Shown: positions 1-9,135 of the stretch, in pieces
How the letters are laid out: each line of letters starts with the position of its first letter
Position numbering within the stretch: position 1 is the stretch's first letter
DNA from: Candidatus Saccharimonadota bacterium
Lineage (GTDB): Bacteria; Patescibacteriota; Patescibacteriia; 2-12-FULL-60-25
Assembly (NCBI GenBank): GCA_963718585.1
Contig: OY970357.1
Span: forward strand, 120,001 to 152,000
Length of the DNA stretch: 32,000 nucleotides
Direction of reading: 5' to 3'
Translations under genes and position numbers: made by a program
Notes under the pieces: model-generated
What the model was told of the DNA's origin: nothing
Database searches by the model: none
Seen by the model: only the letters and a program-made list of their open reading frames with translations

Positions 1-5
1 TGGGA

Positions 6-464
6 TCAGTGGAGAAAGTACCGTTCGGCGCTCGCTGCGCGTCCCGGTACCGACAGGATGATCGCGGCGATGCGCACGTCCTTGTTGAGAAGGGCCTTCA
101 CGGCCATTTGCTGCTCGAGCTTATCGGGAAGCGGGAAGACGAACAGCTCCCGCGTTTCCTGGATCAATCCCGATAGGCGAGCGAACCAGATGCACCTTCC
201 GCGGGTCTCGATCCGCACCTTGAGCCATCTGCCCCACCAGATCTGTGGTTCCGGTGCATCCGCATAGGAGATGCGGATGATCGGGAGAGGGTGGGGTATG
301 GGCTGGACCATGTCTGCGCGGAGGATCGTCATCTGTTCCAGCGCATCGATGAGCTCTTCGCGTTCCGCGCTTTCGGATCTCGATCGCACTGTCGCAAGTT
401 TTTCGCGCACCGGGACCGAGACCAGGCGCGTGTCCTGGTCATCGTCATCATCGTCCTTTTTCAT
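6..464 (-). CDS. hypothetical protein (152 aa) with poly-Asp N-terminus
   Basis: ORF 6..674(-) trimmed to the internal ATG at 464, which is preceded by GGGAGG (plus 469-474). The longer start would overlap the divergent GT4 gene. No recognisable motif. Confidence 0.5.
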   Translation of the reverse strand: MKKDDDDDDQDTRLVSVPVREKLATVRSRSESAEREELIDALEQMTILRADMVQPIPHPLPIIRISYADAPEPQIWWGRWLKVRIETRGRCIWFARLSGLIQETRELFVFPLPDKLEQQMAVKALLNKDVRIAAIILSVPGRAASAERYFLH

Positions 465-549
465 CGCACCTCCCATGTAAAGAACGCCTTCCAAGATAGC
501 TGATTTTGCACGTCTTGTCAATCCATCGGCCTCCCCGTACTGTTGCGTT

Positions 550-1713
550 ATGAAGATCGCGATCGACGCCCGGATGATGGGTCCCGACGCCACGCGGGGC
601 ATTGGGAGGTATGTGGAGGAACTCGTCGGTGCGATGCTCGCGATCGCTCCCGAACATCGATATGTACTTGTCACGCGGACGTTGACGCATCGGTTCGTGG
701 ATCATCCATCCGTCGAGACCATTGTCGCGAATGTTCCATGGTATGGCGTCGCCGAGCAAGTGCGCATGCCGAAGGTGTTCGCAGCGATCCAGGCGGATCT
801 CGTCCACGTGCCTCATTGGAACGTTCCGGTCCGATATCACGGACCCCTCATCGTCACGATCCACGATCTGATACTCCGTCATACGCCGGACAGCGCCAAG
901 ATCTCGACGCGATCCGCCCCCGCGCGCTGGATCAAGCGGCTCGGATATCGGTTCGTGCTTGGGCGGGCGATCAGTCACGCGTCCAAGATCCTCGTTCCCA
1001 CACAATATGTCGCTAAGGACGTCGGCCGGTTCTATCCCGCATCGAGAACAAAGCTCTGTGTGACGGGAGAGGGGATGCCGGGTCTCGAAATTCGAAGCGT
1101 GAAACCCGAAGATCAGGAAGGATCAGATCACGAGCTACGAGCTACGAGCTTTGCGGGTAACGCGCCCTATCTGCTCTACGTTGGTTCCGCGTATCCGCAC
1201 AAAGGCCTCGAGGATCTTCTGAGCGCGTGGCAGGAGATCGCGTCGGCGTATCCGGACCTCCATCTCAAGATCGCCGGAGAGCGTGATGGTTTCATGCAAA
1301 AGATCGAGACGAGCGTGACCTCCCAGCAGCTCCCTCGGATCACATTCCTCGGACGTGTTTCGGACACGGATCTGAAAGGCTTGTATGAACAGGCCGCAGG
1401 GTTTGTCTTTCCCAGTCATGATGAGGGTTTTGGGCTGCCACCGCTCGAGGCATTGGCGCACGGGTGTCCGGTCCTTTCCTCGGACGCGGGACCCTTGCCG
1501 GAGGTCCTTGGTCCGGATGGGGCGATCTTCTTCCGCGTCGGCCAGCCGAATGCTATACTTGCGGCGGTTCACACGCTGATGAGCGACCAGGAAACGGCGC
1601 GACGTAAAGCCGTTTCCGCCGCACGGTCACTCGCTCTGCGTCACTCGTGGACACACGCGGCGCGCGCGACGCTGGATGCGTATGCGGACGCGTGTCATTT
1701 CCGTTCCGCATGA
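550..1713 (+). CDS. glycosyltransferase family 4 (GT-B, retaining type)
   Basis: 387-aa ORF. C-terminal EGFGLPPLEALAHGCPVLSSDAGPLPEVLG (E-x7-E motif) and N-terminal MKIAIDARMM..GIGRY are typical of GT4. Stop TGA 1711-1713 overlaps the next ATG (ATGA). Confidence 0.9.
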   Translation: MKIAIDARMMGPDATRGIGRYVEELVGAMLAIAPEHRYVLVTRTLTHRFVDHPSVETIVANVPWYGVAEQVRMPKVFAAIQADLVHVPHWNVPVRYHGPLIVTIHDLILRHTPDSAKISTRSAPARWIKRLGYRFVLGRAISHASKILVPTQYVAKDVGRFYPASRTKLCVTGEGMPGLEIRSVKPEDQEGSDHELRATSFAGNAPYLLYVGSAYPHKGLEDLLSAWQEIASAYPDLHLKIAGERDGFMQKIETSVTSQQLPRITFLGRVSDTDLKGLYEQAAGFVFPSHDEGFGLPPLEALAHGCPVLSSDAGPLPEVLGPDGAIFFRVGQPNAILAAVHTLMSDQETARRKAVSAARSLALRHSWTHAARATLDAYADACHFRSA

Positions 1714-4379
1714 CTTTGCCCCGGTCCCTCTCTTCATCAAAGCGCAAGCGCCCTCAGGGTGCGGCTTCGGCACTCGAATCTCAGCTCGCGTCCGTCATCG
1801 AACAGGACGGCGTGGTGCTTTTGAGTGCGCGCGGACAGAAGATGCGACCCAAGCGCGACGCGACGGATCCGACTTTCCTCTCATCTCCCAAACCGATCAG
1901 TAGCGGTTCCGTGACGGACGAGGTCGCGGAACTGGACGCACAGGTCGTGGGGCTCGCGGTCCAGACGTACGGCGGTCGACAGATCGCCGTCGATGTCCGC
2001 CACGGCGAACACGATCCGAGTCCGTACGTCATTTCCTTACAGAATGTCCTCCTTCAGCCGGAACGACGTGCTCTGGATGAACGCGTGGACTTGAATGCCG
2101 CCGCACGCGTCCTCGCCGAGTCCGGGAGTTCGCTTCCGCCAGAGGTGTATGCCTCTATGAGCTCGGATCTTACTGGCGGCGTGGATCTCCCCCGGTTGGT
2201 CCGCGATCAACACACGCCTGCAACTTTCGAAGAGGCCTATCGCGCGGTGTATGGTCGTTTCGATAGTGTCTCCTCAGTCTTTCGAGAAGGATTCTCCGTC
2301 ATCGCCGGGTGGTTCCAGCGCGTCGAACGTGTCGAGCGCGCCTCATTGGAAGAGGCGGCCGATGAAGGGATCCTTGAATTCCGACGCCTGACCTTTGCGC
2401 GGGCTCTGGCCGGATTCGCCGCGCTCGCCTTCATCGTGACCCTGCCGGCGAACGCGGTCGCCCTGTATCGTTCCGTCTCGAGCGAACGGTCGGCAGCCAC
2501 CTCCGCAGGATCGGACGCAGTGAGCTCACTTGAGACAGCTGCCAAAGGGACGGACATCACGACATCGGCAGATGCATTGAAGCATGCGTCAACACGTTTC
2601 CGTCAGGCGGACGCCGCGTTATCGAATGCCTCGACCCTCGCCGTGGGTCTCGCGTCGCTCATGCCACAGACGTATCGCAGTGCGCGTGCGTTGTTGGAGG
2701 TCGGGGACAAGGCGAGCGAAGCCGGACATCTGCTCGCCGTCGGATTCGACAAGGTCTTCTCGGATCCGTCCCGCGGACTCGACGAACGTCTTGGCGTCCT
2801 TGGCGCCTACGCACGGACCTCGTTGACCCTTTTGTCCGACGCGTCGAAAGCCGCGGCCACCGTGGATACCTCGAAGATCCCCGCCTCCTCGCGTGACAAG
2901 GTCACCGCGCTTCTGTCCGGTCTCGACGATTCGACGCAGGCTGTGCGCGAAGTGACCGTCCTTTCCGATCTCCTCGCCGCGATGGCGGGTCGTGATCATC
3001 AGCGCACGTATCTCGTGATCTTCCAGAATCAGACCGAGCTGCGCCCGACCGGCGGGTTCATGGGCTCCTTTGCCGAGGTCCATGTCGACCGTGGGCACAT
3101 CACGGCGGTCCGGGTGCCGCCGGGTGGGACCTATGCGCTCAAGGGGCAGTCCACGGTCCGGGTCTCTTCCCCGGCGCCGATGCACCTCATCAATGCGGAT
3201 TGGCAGTTTCAGGATGCGAACTGGTCGCCGGATTTTCCGACCGCCGCAGATCAGATCCGATATTTCTGGAGTAAGGCGGGTCAACCGACGGTGGATGGCA
3301 TCATCACGGTCAACGCCTCATTCGTGGAGAAATTGCTCGCCGTGACCGGGCCGATCGATCTGCCGGATTACGGCAAGACGATCGATGCCTCCAATTTCAT
3401 GCTGGAGACACAAAAGGCCGTGGAGCTGGACTATGACAAAACGTCGAATACGCCGAAGAAATTCATCGGTGATCTCGGGGACAAGCTCATGGCGCGTATG
3501 CAGTCGTTGTCAAAGGATGAATGGGTGAAGGTCGCAGGATTGATGTCGGATGCGCTCACGACCAAAGACATCCAGATCGCGTTGTTCGATCCATCGGAAG
3601 AGGCGATCGTCGAGCGGTACGGATGGAATGGGCGGATCAAGGACGCCCCCGGTGATTCCCTTGCGATCATCGAGGCTAATATCGCCGGTCAAAAGACCGA
3701 CGGAAAGGTGGCCGAGCAGGTCGACCATCACGCGAATATCCACGAAGACGGATCCATTGATGATACGGTGACGCTCGCGCGGACTCACACCGGGAGCAAA
3801 GGCGATCTGTTCAGCGGGGTGCGGAACGTGAGTTACGTTCGGTTCTATGTGCCGAAGGGGAGCGTACTCACGTCAGCGTCTGGATTCGACAAACCGGATG
3901 CGAGTCTCTTCAAACCCGTGGATCCGTATGCGGACCCGGATCCGGCGATCGCCGCAGTCGAGAGCAAGACGGTCTCCAAAGACGGGATCGATGTCAGTGT
4001 CGATGGGTCGCATACCGTGTTCGGCGGCTGGGTCCAGTTGGATCCGGGTATGTCGCAGACGATCACGCTTTCGTACACGTTGCCGTTCAATGCCACGGAT
4101 GTGTTGGCGCGCTCCGAAGACGTTCCGCAAGATCAGAGCGGGAATTCCCGCGATGCCTATTTGATGCTCTATACCAGCCAGTCGGGGAAATCGGATCGGA
4201 CGCTGACGTCGACCGTGGACATCCCGTCGGATTGGTCTGTCTCCTGGAGCCGGGGCGCGACCGCGATGCCGACCGGATTGACCCTGCAGGGAACATGGGA
4301 CCGCGACCTCGTCCTCGCGGCCCTCCTCACCCCACCCCATGGGCAAGAAACGCAAACAAATACTGTCGGGGGACCGTGA
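1710..4379 (+). CDS. DUF4012 domain-containing membrane protein
   Basis: ORF 1647..4379 trimmed to ATG 1710 (ATGA overlap with the GT4 stop). TM segment FAALAFIVTLPANAVALY is followed by YLVIFQNQTELRPTGGFMGSFAEV, the QN-x-E-x-R-x-TGG signature I associate with DUF4012. Confidence 0.85.
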   Translation: MTLPRSLSSSKRKRPQGAASALESQLASVIEQDGVVLLSARGQKMRPKRDATDPTFLSSPKPISSGSVTDEVAELDAQVVGLAVQTYGGRQIAVDVRHGEHDPSPYVISLQNVLLQPERRALDERVDLNAAARVLAESGSSLPPEVYASMSSDLTGGVDLPRLVRDQHTPATFEEAYRAVYGRFDSVSSVFREGFSVIAGWFQRVERVERASLEEAADEGILEFRRLTFARALAGFAALAFIVTLPANAVALYRSVSSERSAATSAGSDAVSSLETAAKGTDITTSADALKHASTRFRQADAALSNASTLAVGLASLMPQTYRSARALLEVGDKASEAGHLLAVGFDKVFSDPSRGLDERLGVLGAYARTSLTLLSDASKAAATVDTSKIPASSRDKVTALLSGLDDSTQAVREVTVLSDLLAAMAGRDHQRTYLVIFQNQTELRPTGGFMGSFAEVHVDRGHITAVRVPPGGTYALKGQSTVRVSSPAPMHLINADWQFQDANWSPDFPTAADQIRYFWSKAGQPTVDGIITVNASFVEKLLAVTGPIDLPDYGKTIDASNFMLETQKAVELDYDKTSNTPKKFIGDLGDKLMARMQSLSKDEWVKVAGLMSDALTTKDIQIALFDPSEEAIVERYGWNGRIKDAPGDSLAIIEANIAGQKTDGKVAEQVDHHANIHEDGSIDDTVTLARTHTGSKGDLFSGVRNVSYVRFYVPKGSVLTSASGFDKPDASLFKPVDPYADPDPAIAAVESKTVSKDGIDVSVDGSHTVFGGWVQLDPGMSQTITLSYTLPFNATDVLARSEDVPQDQSGNSRDAYLMLYTSQSGKSDRTLTSTVDIPSDWSVSWSRGATAMPTGLTLQGTWDRDLVLAALLTPPHGQETQTNTVGGP

Positions 4380-6264
4380 TCCCCGGGCGACCGAAAAACG
4401 GAATGCGGAGGTGGAAAAGGGCCTCTCCGCCATCTTTCGTGAGGATGACGGTGCGGTCCCGGATCTGTCCCAATTCGATCGACGGCGGTCGACGGCATTG
4501 TACTGGATCGCCGGCGGCGCCTTCGTCTTCGTCATGACACTGATCGTGGCGGTCTGGGTGGGGTTCACGATCTTCAAACCGTTCCGTGGATTCAGCGGAA
4601 CGGGATTTCGGCTCACCATGGACGGACCGACCCGTGTGACGCTCGGACAAGAGACCACGTATTTCATCAATTGGCAGAATACCTCCGGTGAACCGATCGC
4701 GAATGCAGACGTGCGCGTGAGTTTTCCCCCGGATTTCCAGACGACGCAGGCGAACCCGGAGCCGTCAGATCAGGGAACGGTGTGGCACATCGGGGCGATC
4801 GCCTTCAACGGGCATGGGACCATAACGGTCAAAGGCATCTTTACTGGTGCGCTCGGGACCAAGACCGCGATCCAGGCTGTCGGGAATTATCGGCCCGCAT
4901 CGTTCAATAGCGATTTCGAGGCGTTGGCAACGCGTCAACTGGAATATGCGGACAGCGTGCTGAGCGGAACGATCGATGCCCCGCCAAAGATCCTCCCGGG
5001 CGACGATATTCGGATCGCCTATACGGTCCAGAATAAAGGCGACACGCCCTTGACGGGATTGGAAGCGCGGATCACGCTTCCGCAGGGATTCGTCCGTGAT
5101 ACATCTTCGACCGATACGGTCTTGGATGGGGCGGTCGCACGGATCTCGATCGGGGACCTTGCCGCCGGGGCATCGACGACCGTTGCGGTGCATGGGTCAT
5201 TCGCGTCGGGCGCGTCTGGCGACGTGCCGGTCCATGCGGAACTCGGCCATGTCGATGCGGATGGGTCATATCTTGCGGCGCAAAAGAGCGACGCGACACT
5301 GTCCGTCCTTTCCGGTGATCTGACCTTGCATCTCGTCGCGAACGGATCAGATGCGGATCAGGTCGTAGGGATGCGCGATCCGCTTCGTTTTGCGCTCGCA
5401 TACGAGAACACCTCGCCTGAAGATATCCAGGGCATCACGTTGCATGCGATCTTCGAGCCCATCTCGTCCGCGAGCGGGACGTCTGTAACACCGCCGTCGA
5501 ATGCGCCGCCGCTCTTGGTGGATTGGTCCCAATTGGGAGATTCCTCATCCGGAACGGTCGTTGGGAATACGATCTCCTGGACATCGGATCAGTTGGATGT
5601 CCTCAAGCGCCTCACCCCGCAGACGGACGGCGTGATCGAATTCTCGGTCCCGGTCGCCGTGCATACGACGGGGACGGATGCGGTGCCGTTCCACGTCGTG
5701 GTGGAGGGGACCATGGAAAAAGTCGGCACGACACCGATCACGCGTGTGGTGCGGACCAAGCCGATCGCGTTTACGCTCCATACGGATGCGGACCTCACGA
5801 CGGAAGCACGATATTTCTCTGAAGAAGGGGCCCCATATGGGACGGGGCCTTTGCCGCCGGTCGTCGGGCAGACCACCAATTATCGGATCTTCTGGACCAT
5901 CGACAAGACCTTTCATGAGTTGGGGGGTGTGAAGGTGAATGCGACACTCCCGAAGTCCGTGGCATGGCCGAACAATGCGACCGTCTCGGCTGGGAATATC
6001 TCGTATGATGACATGACGCGGACCGTGACGTGGACGCTCAACCGTCTTCCAACGGATGTGAATGAGGCGACGGCACAATTCGATGTACAGCTCACGCCGT
6101 CCGCGGCAGACGCGAATCGATTCGCGGATCTCCTTGGAGAATCGCGGTTCGAGATCACAGATACGACGATCGGGCAGACGATCGTGAAGACCAAGCCTGG
6201 CGTGGATACCAACCTCAAAAATGACGACGGCGCCAAGAATAAGGGCGTCGTGCGGGAACAATGA
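4339..6264 (+). CDS. TM-anchored surface protein with repeated beta-sandwich (DUF11/CARDB-like) modules
   Basis: 641-aa ORF. N-terminal basic region plus TM helix (ALYWIAGGAFVFVMTLIVAVWVGFTIF). Repeated segments of the type IRIAYTVQNKGDTPLTGLEARITLPQGF and NYRIFWTIDKTF..VKVNATLPKSV. The start overlaps the DUF4012 end by 41 nt and is less certain. Confidence 0.7.
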   Translation: MGKKRKQILSGDRDPRATEKRNAEVEKGLSAIFREDDGAVPDLSQFDRRRSTALYWIAGGAFVFVMTLIVAVWVGFTIFKPFRGFSGTGFRLTMDGPTRVTLGQETTYFINWQNTSGEPIANADVRVSFPPDFQTTQANPEPSDQGTVWHIGAIAFNGHGTITVKGIFTGALGTKTAIQAVGNYRPASFNSDFEALATRQLEYADSVLSGTIDAPPKILPGDDIRIAYTVQNKGDTPLTGLEARITLPQGFVRDTSSTDTVLDGAVARISIGDLAAGASTTVAVHGSFASGASGDVPVHAELGHVDADGSYLAAQKSDATLSVLSGDLTLHLVANGSDADQVVGMRDPLRFALAYENTSPEDIQGITLHAIFEPISSASGTSVTPPSNAPPLLVDWSQLGDSSSGTVVGNTISWTSDQLDVLKRLTPQTDGVIEFSVPVAVHTTGTDAVPFHVVVEGTMEKVGTTPITRVVRTKPIAFTLHTDADLTTEARYFSEEGAPYGTGPLPPVVGQTTNYRIFWTIDKTFHELGGVKVNATLPKSVAWPNNATVSAGNISYDDMTRTVTWTLNRLPTDVNEATAQFDVQLTPSAADANRFADLLGESRFEITDTTIGQTIVKTKPGVDTNLKNDDGAKNKGVVREQ

Positions 6265-6309
6265 TGATTGACGGAGGACGGATGTTGCGGTAGCTTGCGC
6301 ATCATTCAG

Positions 6310-6386
6310 GCACCCCTAGCTCAGCTGGATAGAGCGCGTGGCTTCGAACCACGAGGTCGGGGGTTCGACTCCCTCGGGGTGCACCA
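6310..6386 (+). tRNA. tRNA-Arg (anticodon TCG)
   Basis: Hand-folded cloverleaf. Acceptor GCACCCC/GGGGTGC, D stem GCTC/GAGC, anticodon stem CGTGG/CCACG with loop CTTCGAA (anticodon 6344-6346), T arm GGGGG-TTCGACT-CCCTC, encoded CCA. Confidence 0.9.
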
Positions 6387-6387
6387 T

Positions 6388-6421
6388 AAACAAACACCCG
6401 GCATCAGCCGGGTGTTTGTTT
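6388..6421 (+). terminator. hairpin immediately after tRNA-Arg
   Basis: Perfect 15-bp stem AAACAAACACCCGGC / GCCGGGTGTTTGTTT with loop ATCA. Confidence 0.6.
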
Positions 6422-6534
6422 CATGCTCGAAGGAGTCGAACGGGAAAGGGTGAAAACGGGAGTTTTCACATGCCGAGGAGGGCACACGGGAACCCGAAGG
6501 TTCCCGTGAAGCTCGAGATGCGAGCGTGTGAGAT

Positions 6535-6553
6535 CTCCCTCGGGGTGCACCAT
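6535..6553 (+). repeat. 19-nt direct repeat of the tRNA-Arg 3' end (att-like)
   Basis: CTCCCTCGGGGTGCACCAT occurs at 6369-6387 (T-stem 3' half, acceptor, CCA and one further base) and again at 6535-6553. Confidence 0.8.
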
Positions 6554-6554
6554 C

Positions 6555-6585
6555 AAAAAACCGACGCTGACGCGTCGGTTTTTTT
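6555..6585. terminator. bidirectional intrinsic terminator
   Basis: A6 - CCGACGC - TGAC - GCGTCGG - T7. Sits 17 nt past the stop of the minus-strand lipoprotein gene. Confidence 0.7.
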
Positions 6586-6601
6586 CTCGCTTCGGAAAAA
6601 A

Positions 6602-7366
6602 TTACGGCAATGTGACCGAGGTCGCCTCGAGCGTAAACCCGGAGGATATGGTCTTCACAAGACCGACGCCTTTCACCCAGTAGTCCGTCGAAGTAAGCGT
6701 GTTCGTCGTGGGTTTTCCTTTGATGGTCGACGTCGTGGTGATCGTCTTTTCTACGACTTCTGCCGTGTAGGACCCTGCAGGGACGGTCACTTGTTCCTCG
6801 CGGAGGACCTTGTTATGGATCTTGGTGTTGGTTTGGATCGTTCCCATGAGTTGTGCCATCGAACCGCTGAATTCTGTCTCAGTGTCGTAGCCATTGTCCC
6901 ATTCCGTGCCGGGCGAAAGTTCCGCGGGAAGCATTTGACCGGACGTGCTGAGTGTCTTTGTCGTGATCTTCTGATCACCCATTGCGGAACCGATGTCGAC
7001 GTTGTTCAGAGCTTTGATCCCGTCAGACGTGCACTGGAGATCCTGTGTCATGGTCGTCGTGGTCGCGCCACTGAAGGTGTATTCCATGCTGATGGCGTCA
7101 GCGCCGGCATCTTTGACGGCCTCGGTGTAGGAGTTTTCCTGCAGTCCCTTTCCCGTGATCTTATATGCGATCTTGTACCCCGCTTTGAGCGGGAGATACG
7201 GGTTGTCACAGCTCGTATTTGCCATGGGCGCGGATGTGGCCGGTTGGCCTTCAGCGACAGGGGCACCGGGCGCCACGGGCGCGGGCGCAGGAGCGGAAGC
7301 GCAGCCAGCGCCGAGAGCGGCGAGAACGAGGAACAGAGGAGCGATACGTTGGTAGGGTATTTTCAT
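6602..7366 (-). CDS. putative lipoprotein, function unknown
   Basis: ORF 6602..7459(-) trimmed to ATG 7366. N-terminus MKIPYQRIAPLFLVLAALGAGCAS has a signal peptide plus a lipobox-like LGAGC, followed by an Ala/Pro linker. The longer start would overlap rnc. Confidence 0.7.
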   Translation of the reverse strand: MKIPYQRIAPLFLVLAALGAGCASAPAPAPVAPGAPVAEGQPATSAPMANTSCDNPYLPLKAGYKIAYKITGKGLQENSYTEAVKDAGADAISMEYTFSGATTTTMTQDLQCTSDGIKALNNVDIGSAMGDQKITTKTLSTSGQMLPAELSPGTEWDNGYDTETEFSGSMAQLMGTIQTNTKIHNKVLREEQVTVPAGSYTAEVVEKTITTTSTIKGKPTTNTLTSTDYWVKGVGLVKTISSGFTLEATSVTLP

Positions 7367-7440
7367 ATGTTTGGAATGGGTCGTAGGATACACGTCGATA
7401 GGGTGAGTTACAAAAGTGACGGACATGCCCGTCACGTTCA

Positions 7441-8154
7441 TCAGTCCCGATCGTTCCACCCCTTCGCCTCGAGGCCGGCCTCGGCGGCTGCGACCTGGGC
7501 TTCTTGTTTGGACGATCCCTGGCCGACCGCGACCATCTCTTTGTCGACGAAGACGCCGACCGTGAATTCCTTGGCATGATCCGGACCGGATTCCTCCAGC
7601 ACGCGGTAGGTCGGTGTGACGCCGAGGATCTCCTGCGCCGTCTCCTGAAAGCGACTCTTCGGGTCGATGTATAGTTTGTTCTTCAAGATGAATTCCAAGT
7701 GCGACAAGACGAATGTCCGGATGAACGTATCCGCGGCTGGCATCCCGCCATCGAGGTAGATCGCGCCGATGATCGCCTCGATCGCATTCGCGAGAATGTA
7801 CATCCGCGCCTTCGAATCCGTATCACGCGCTTCACCTTTTGAGAGGAGGAGGAACTCTTCGAACTTCAACTGATTCGCGATCCCGGCAAGCGTCTTCGCA
7901 TTGACGAGCGCTGCGCGCCAGTTGGTCAGTTCGCCTTCCGGATTCGCATAGTTGAGATAGAGATGTTCCGTGACGATCAATTCGAGGACGGCGTCGCCAA
8001 GGAATTCGAGTCGCTCATTGTGCGTATACCCAAAATCCGCATGCTCGTTGAGATAGCTGCGGTGGGTCAGCGCTTCGATGATGAAGCGCTTGTCTTTGAA
8101 AGTGTGCCCAAGTCGCTCCTCGAGCGTACTGAGATTTGGGATCACGTCGTTCAT
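7441..8154 (-). CDS. rnc: ribonuclease III
   Basis: 237 aa. Signature HRSY..NERLEFLGDAVLELIVTEHLY and a C-terminal dsRBD (GPDHAKEFTVGVFV...GQGSSKQEAQVAAAEAGL). Confidence 0.95.
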   Translation of the reverse strand: MNDVIPNLSTLEERLGHTFKDKRFIIEALTHRSYLNEHADFGYTHNERLEFLGDAVLELIVTEHLYLNYANPEGELTNWRAALVNAKTLAGIANQLKFEEFLLLSKGEARDTDSKARMYILANAIEAIIGAIYLDGGMPAADTFIRTFVLSHLEFILKNKLYIDPKSRFQETAQEILGVTPTYRVLEESGPDHAKEFTVGVFVDKEMVAVGQGSSKQEAQVAAAEAGLEAKGWNDRD

Positions 8155-8226
8155 AGATGGGTATGAACGACACCGGTGATGAGAGCGGATCAGGTCCGGC
8201 TCGCCTCATCGGCGTCGTTGGGTCGG

Positions 8227-8724
8227 TTAAGATGAATCTGCCGCGGATGTTTCTTCCGGCGTCTCTTCCTCTTTCTTTTCTTTTGGCTTGTCGGCTTCCT
8301 TCACGAGGCCTTGTGCGGTCTGATCGCGGAAGACCGCGCCCAGCACGCCGTTCACGAACTTTCCTGACGATTCACCACCGAACGTCTTCGCGAGTTCTAT
8401 GGCCTCGTTGATCGCGACTTTGGACGGGATCTCCGGATCATATCGCAACTCGTATGTCCCGATACGGAGGACGTTCCGATCCACGGTCGTGATCTTGGGG
8501 AGCGGCCAGTCCGGGGCAAATTTGGTGATCGTCGCATCGATATCCTCCTGATGTCCGACCACGCCATCTACGAGTTTTTGTGCGAATTCCTTCTCGTCCA
8601 ACGTCGGCGCGAATTCGTCGAGATTCCGCGTCACGATCTTCCCGGCGTCCGACTGCTTACCAAGAAAATCCCACTCATAGAGGGATTGGAGCGCGATGGC
8701 CCGGGCAAGGTGGCGATTGGACAT
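8227..8724 (-). CDS. nusB: transcription antitermination factor NusB
   Basis: 165 aa. [17 protein letters not shown] and [45 protein letters not shown] are typical of NusB. Confidence 0.9.
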   Translation of the reverse strand: MSNRHLARAIALQSLYEWDFLGKQSDAGKIVTRNLDEFAPTLDEKEFAQKLVDGVVGHQEDIDATITKFAPDWPLPKITTVDRNVLRIGTYELRYDPEIPSKVAINEAIELAKTFGGESSGKFVNGVLGAVFRDQTAQGLVKEADKPKEKKEEETPEETSAADSS

Positions 8725-8754
8725 AAGGGGCGAAGGAGCGGAGGTCGGCGATCG

Positions 8755-9009
8755 TTAGTGCTTGTGATCGCTCGCGTGTTCGTGCTCGTGGGCCGATTCC
8801 GCACGCTTGATCAATTTTTCGAGCTTGCGTTGCTGACCCTTGCGGTGGATCTTAATGCCATTGTATTCGGTCGCGTCTGGCGCGGCACGATGGGAGCGGT
8901 GGACCTGGCCGGTCTTTTGATCTTTTGAGATCGTCGGCTTGGTCAACGCAAAATGCGACGCGCGGCGTCGCTTGTCTGAGCTGGTACGGCGATGTCCTGG
9001 GAGTCCCAT
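8755..9009 (-). CDS. rpmF: 50S ribosomal protein bL32 (Cys-less form with His-rich tail)
   Basis: N-terminus MGLPGHRRTSSDKRRRASHFAL matches the L32 pattern (MAVPKRRTSKSRR..RRAH.AL). No Zn-ribbon cysteines. C-terminal HEHEHASDHKH. Confidence 0.75.
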   Translation of the reverse strand: MGLPGHRRTSSDKRRRASHFALTKPTISKDQKTGQVHRSHRAAPDATEYNGIKIHRKGQQRKLEKLIKRAESAHEHEHASDHKH

Positions 9010-9088
9010 ACGGTTCTAATCTACTGAATGATAGGCTCAATGATAGCAGAAAATGCCTTAGTTGACAAGAGGATCCGTCTTCTGCTCC

Positions 9089-9117
9089 TTGCCGGAACCC
9101 GGGGCACCTGCTAGTAT
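9089..9117 (+). promoter_or_regulatory. candidate sigma-70-type promoter for ndk
   Basis: TTGCCG (9089-9094), 17-nt spacer, TGC-TAGTAT (extended -10, 9112-9117), 18 nt before the ATG. Confidence 0.3.
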
Positions 9118-9135
9118 CAGCGCAAACAGCGAAAT

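Noticed and set aside
6338-7579. 413-aa plus-strand ORF
   Set aside because: It starts inside tRNA-Arg, runs through two terminators and is antisense to the lipoprotein gene and the end of rnc. Composition is Arg/Gly-rich junk.
9062-9067. Perfect TTGACA upstream of ndk as its -35 box
   Set aside because: No acceptable -10 hexamer lies 16-19 nt downstream (CTCCTT). The weaker TTGCCG-17-TAGTAT pair at 9089-9117 is a better candidate.
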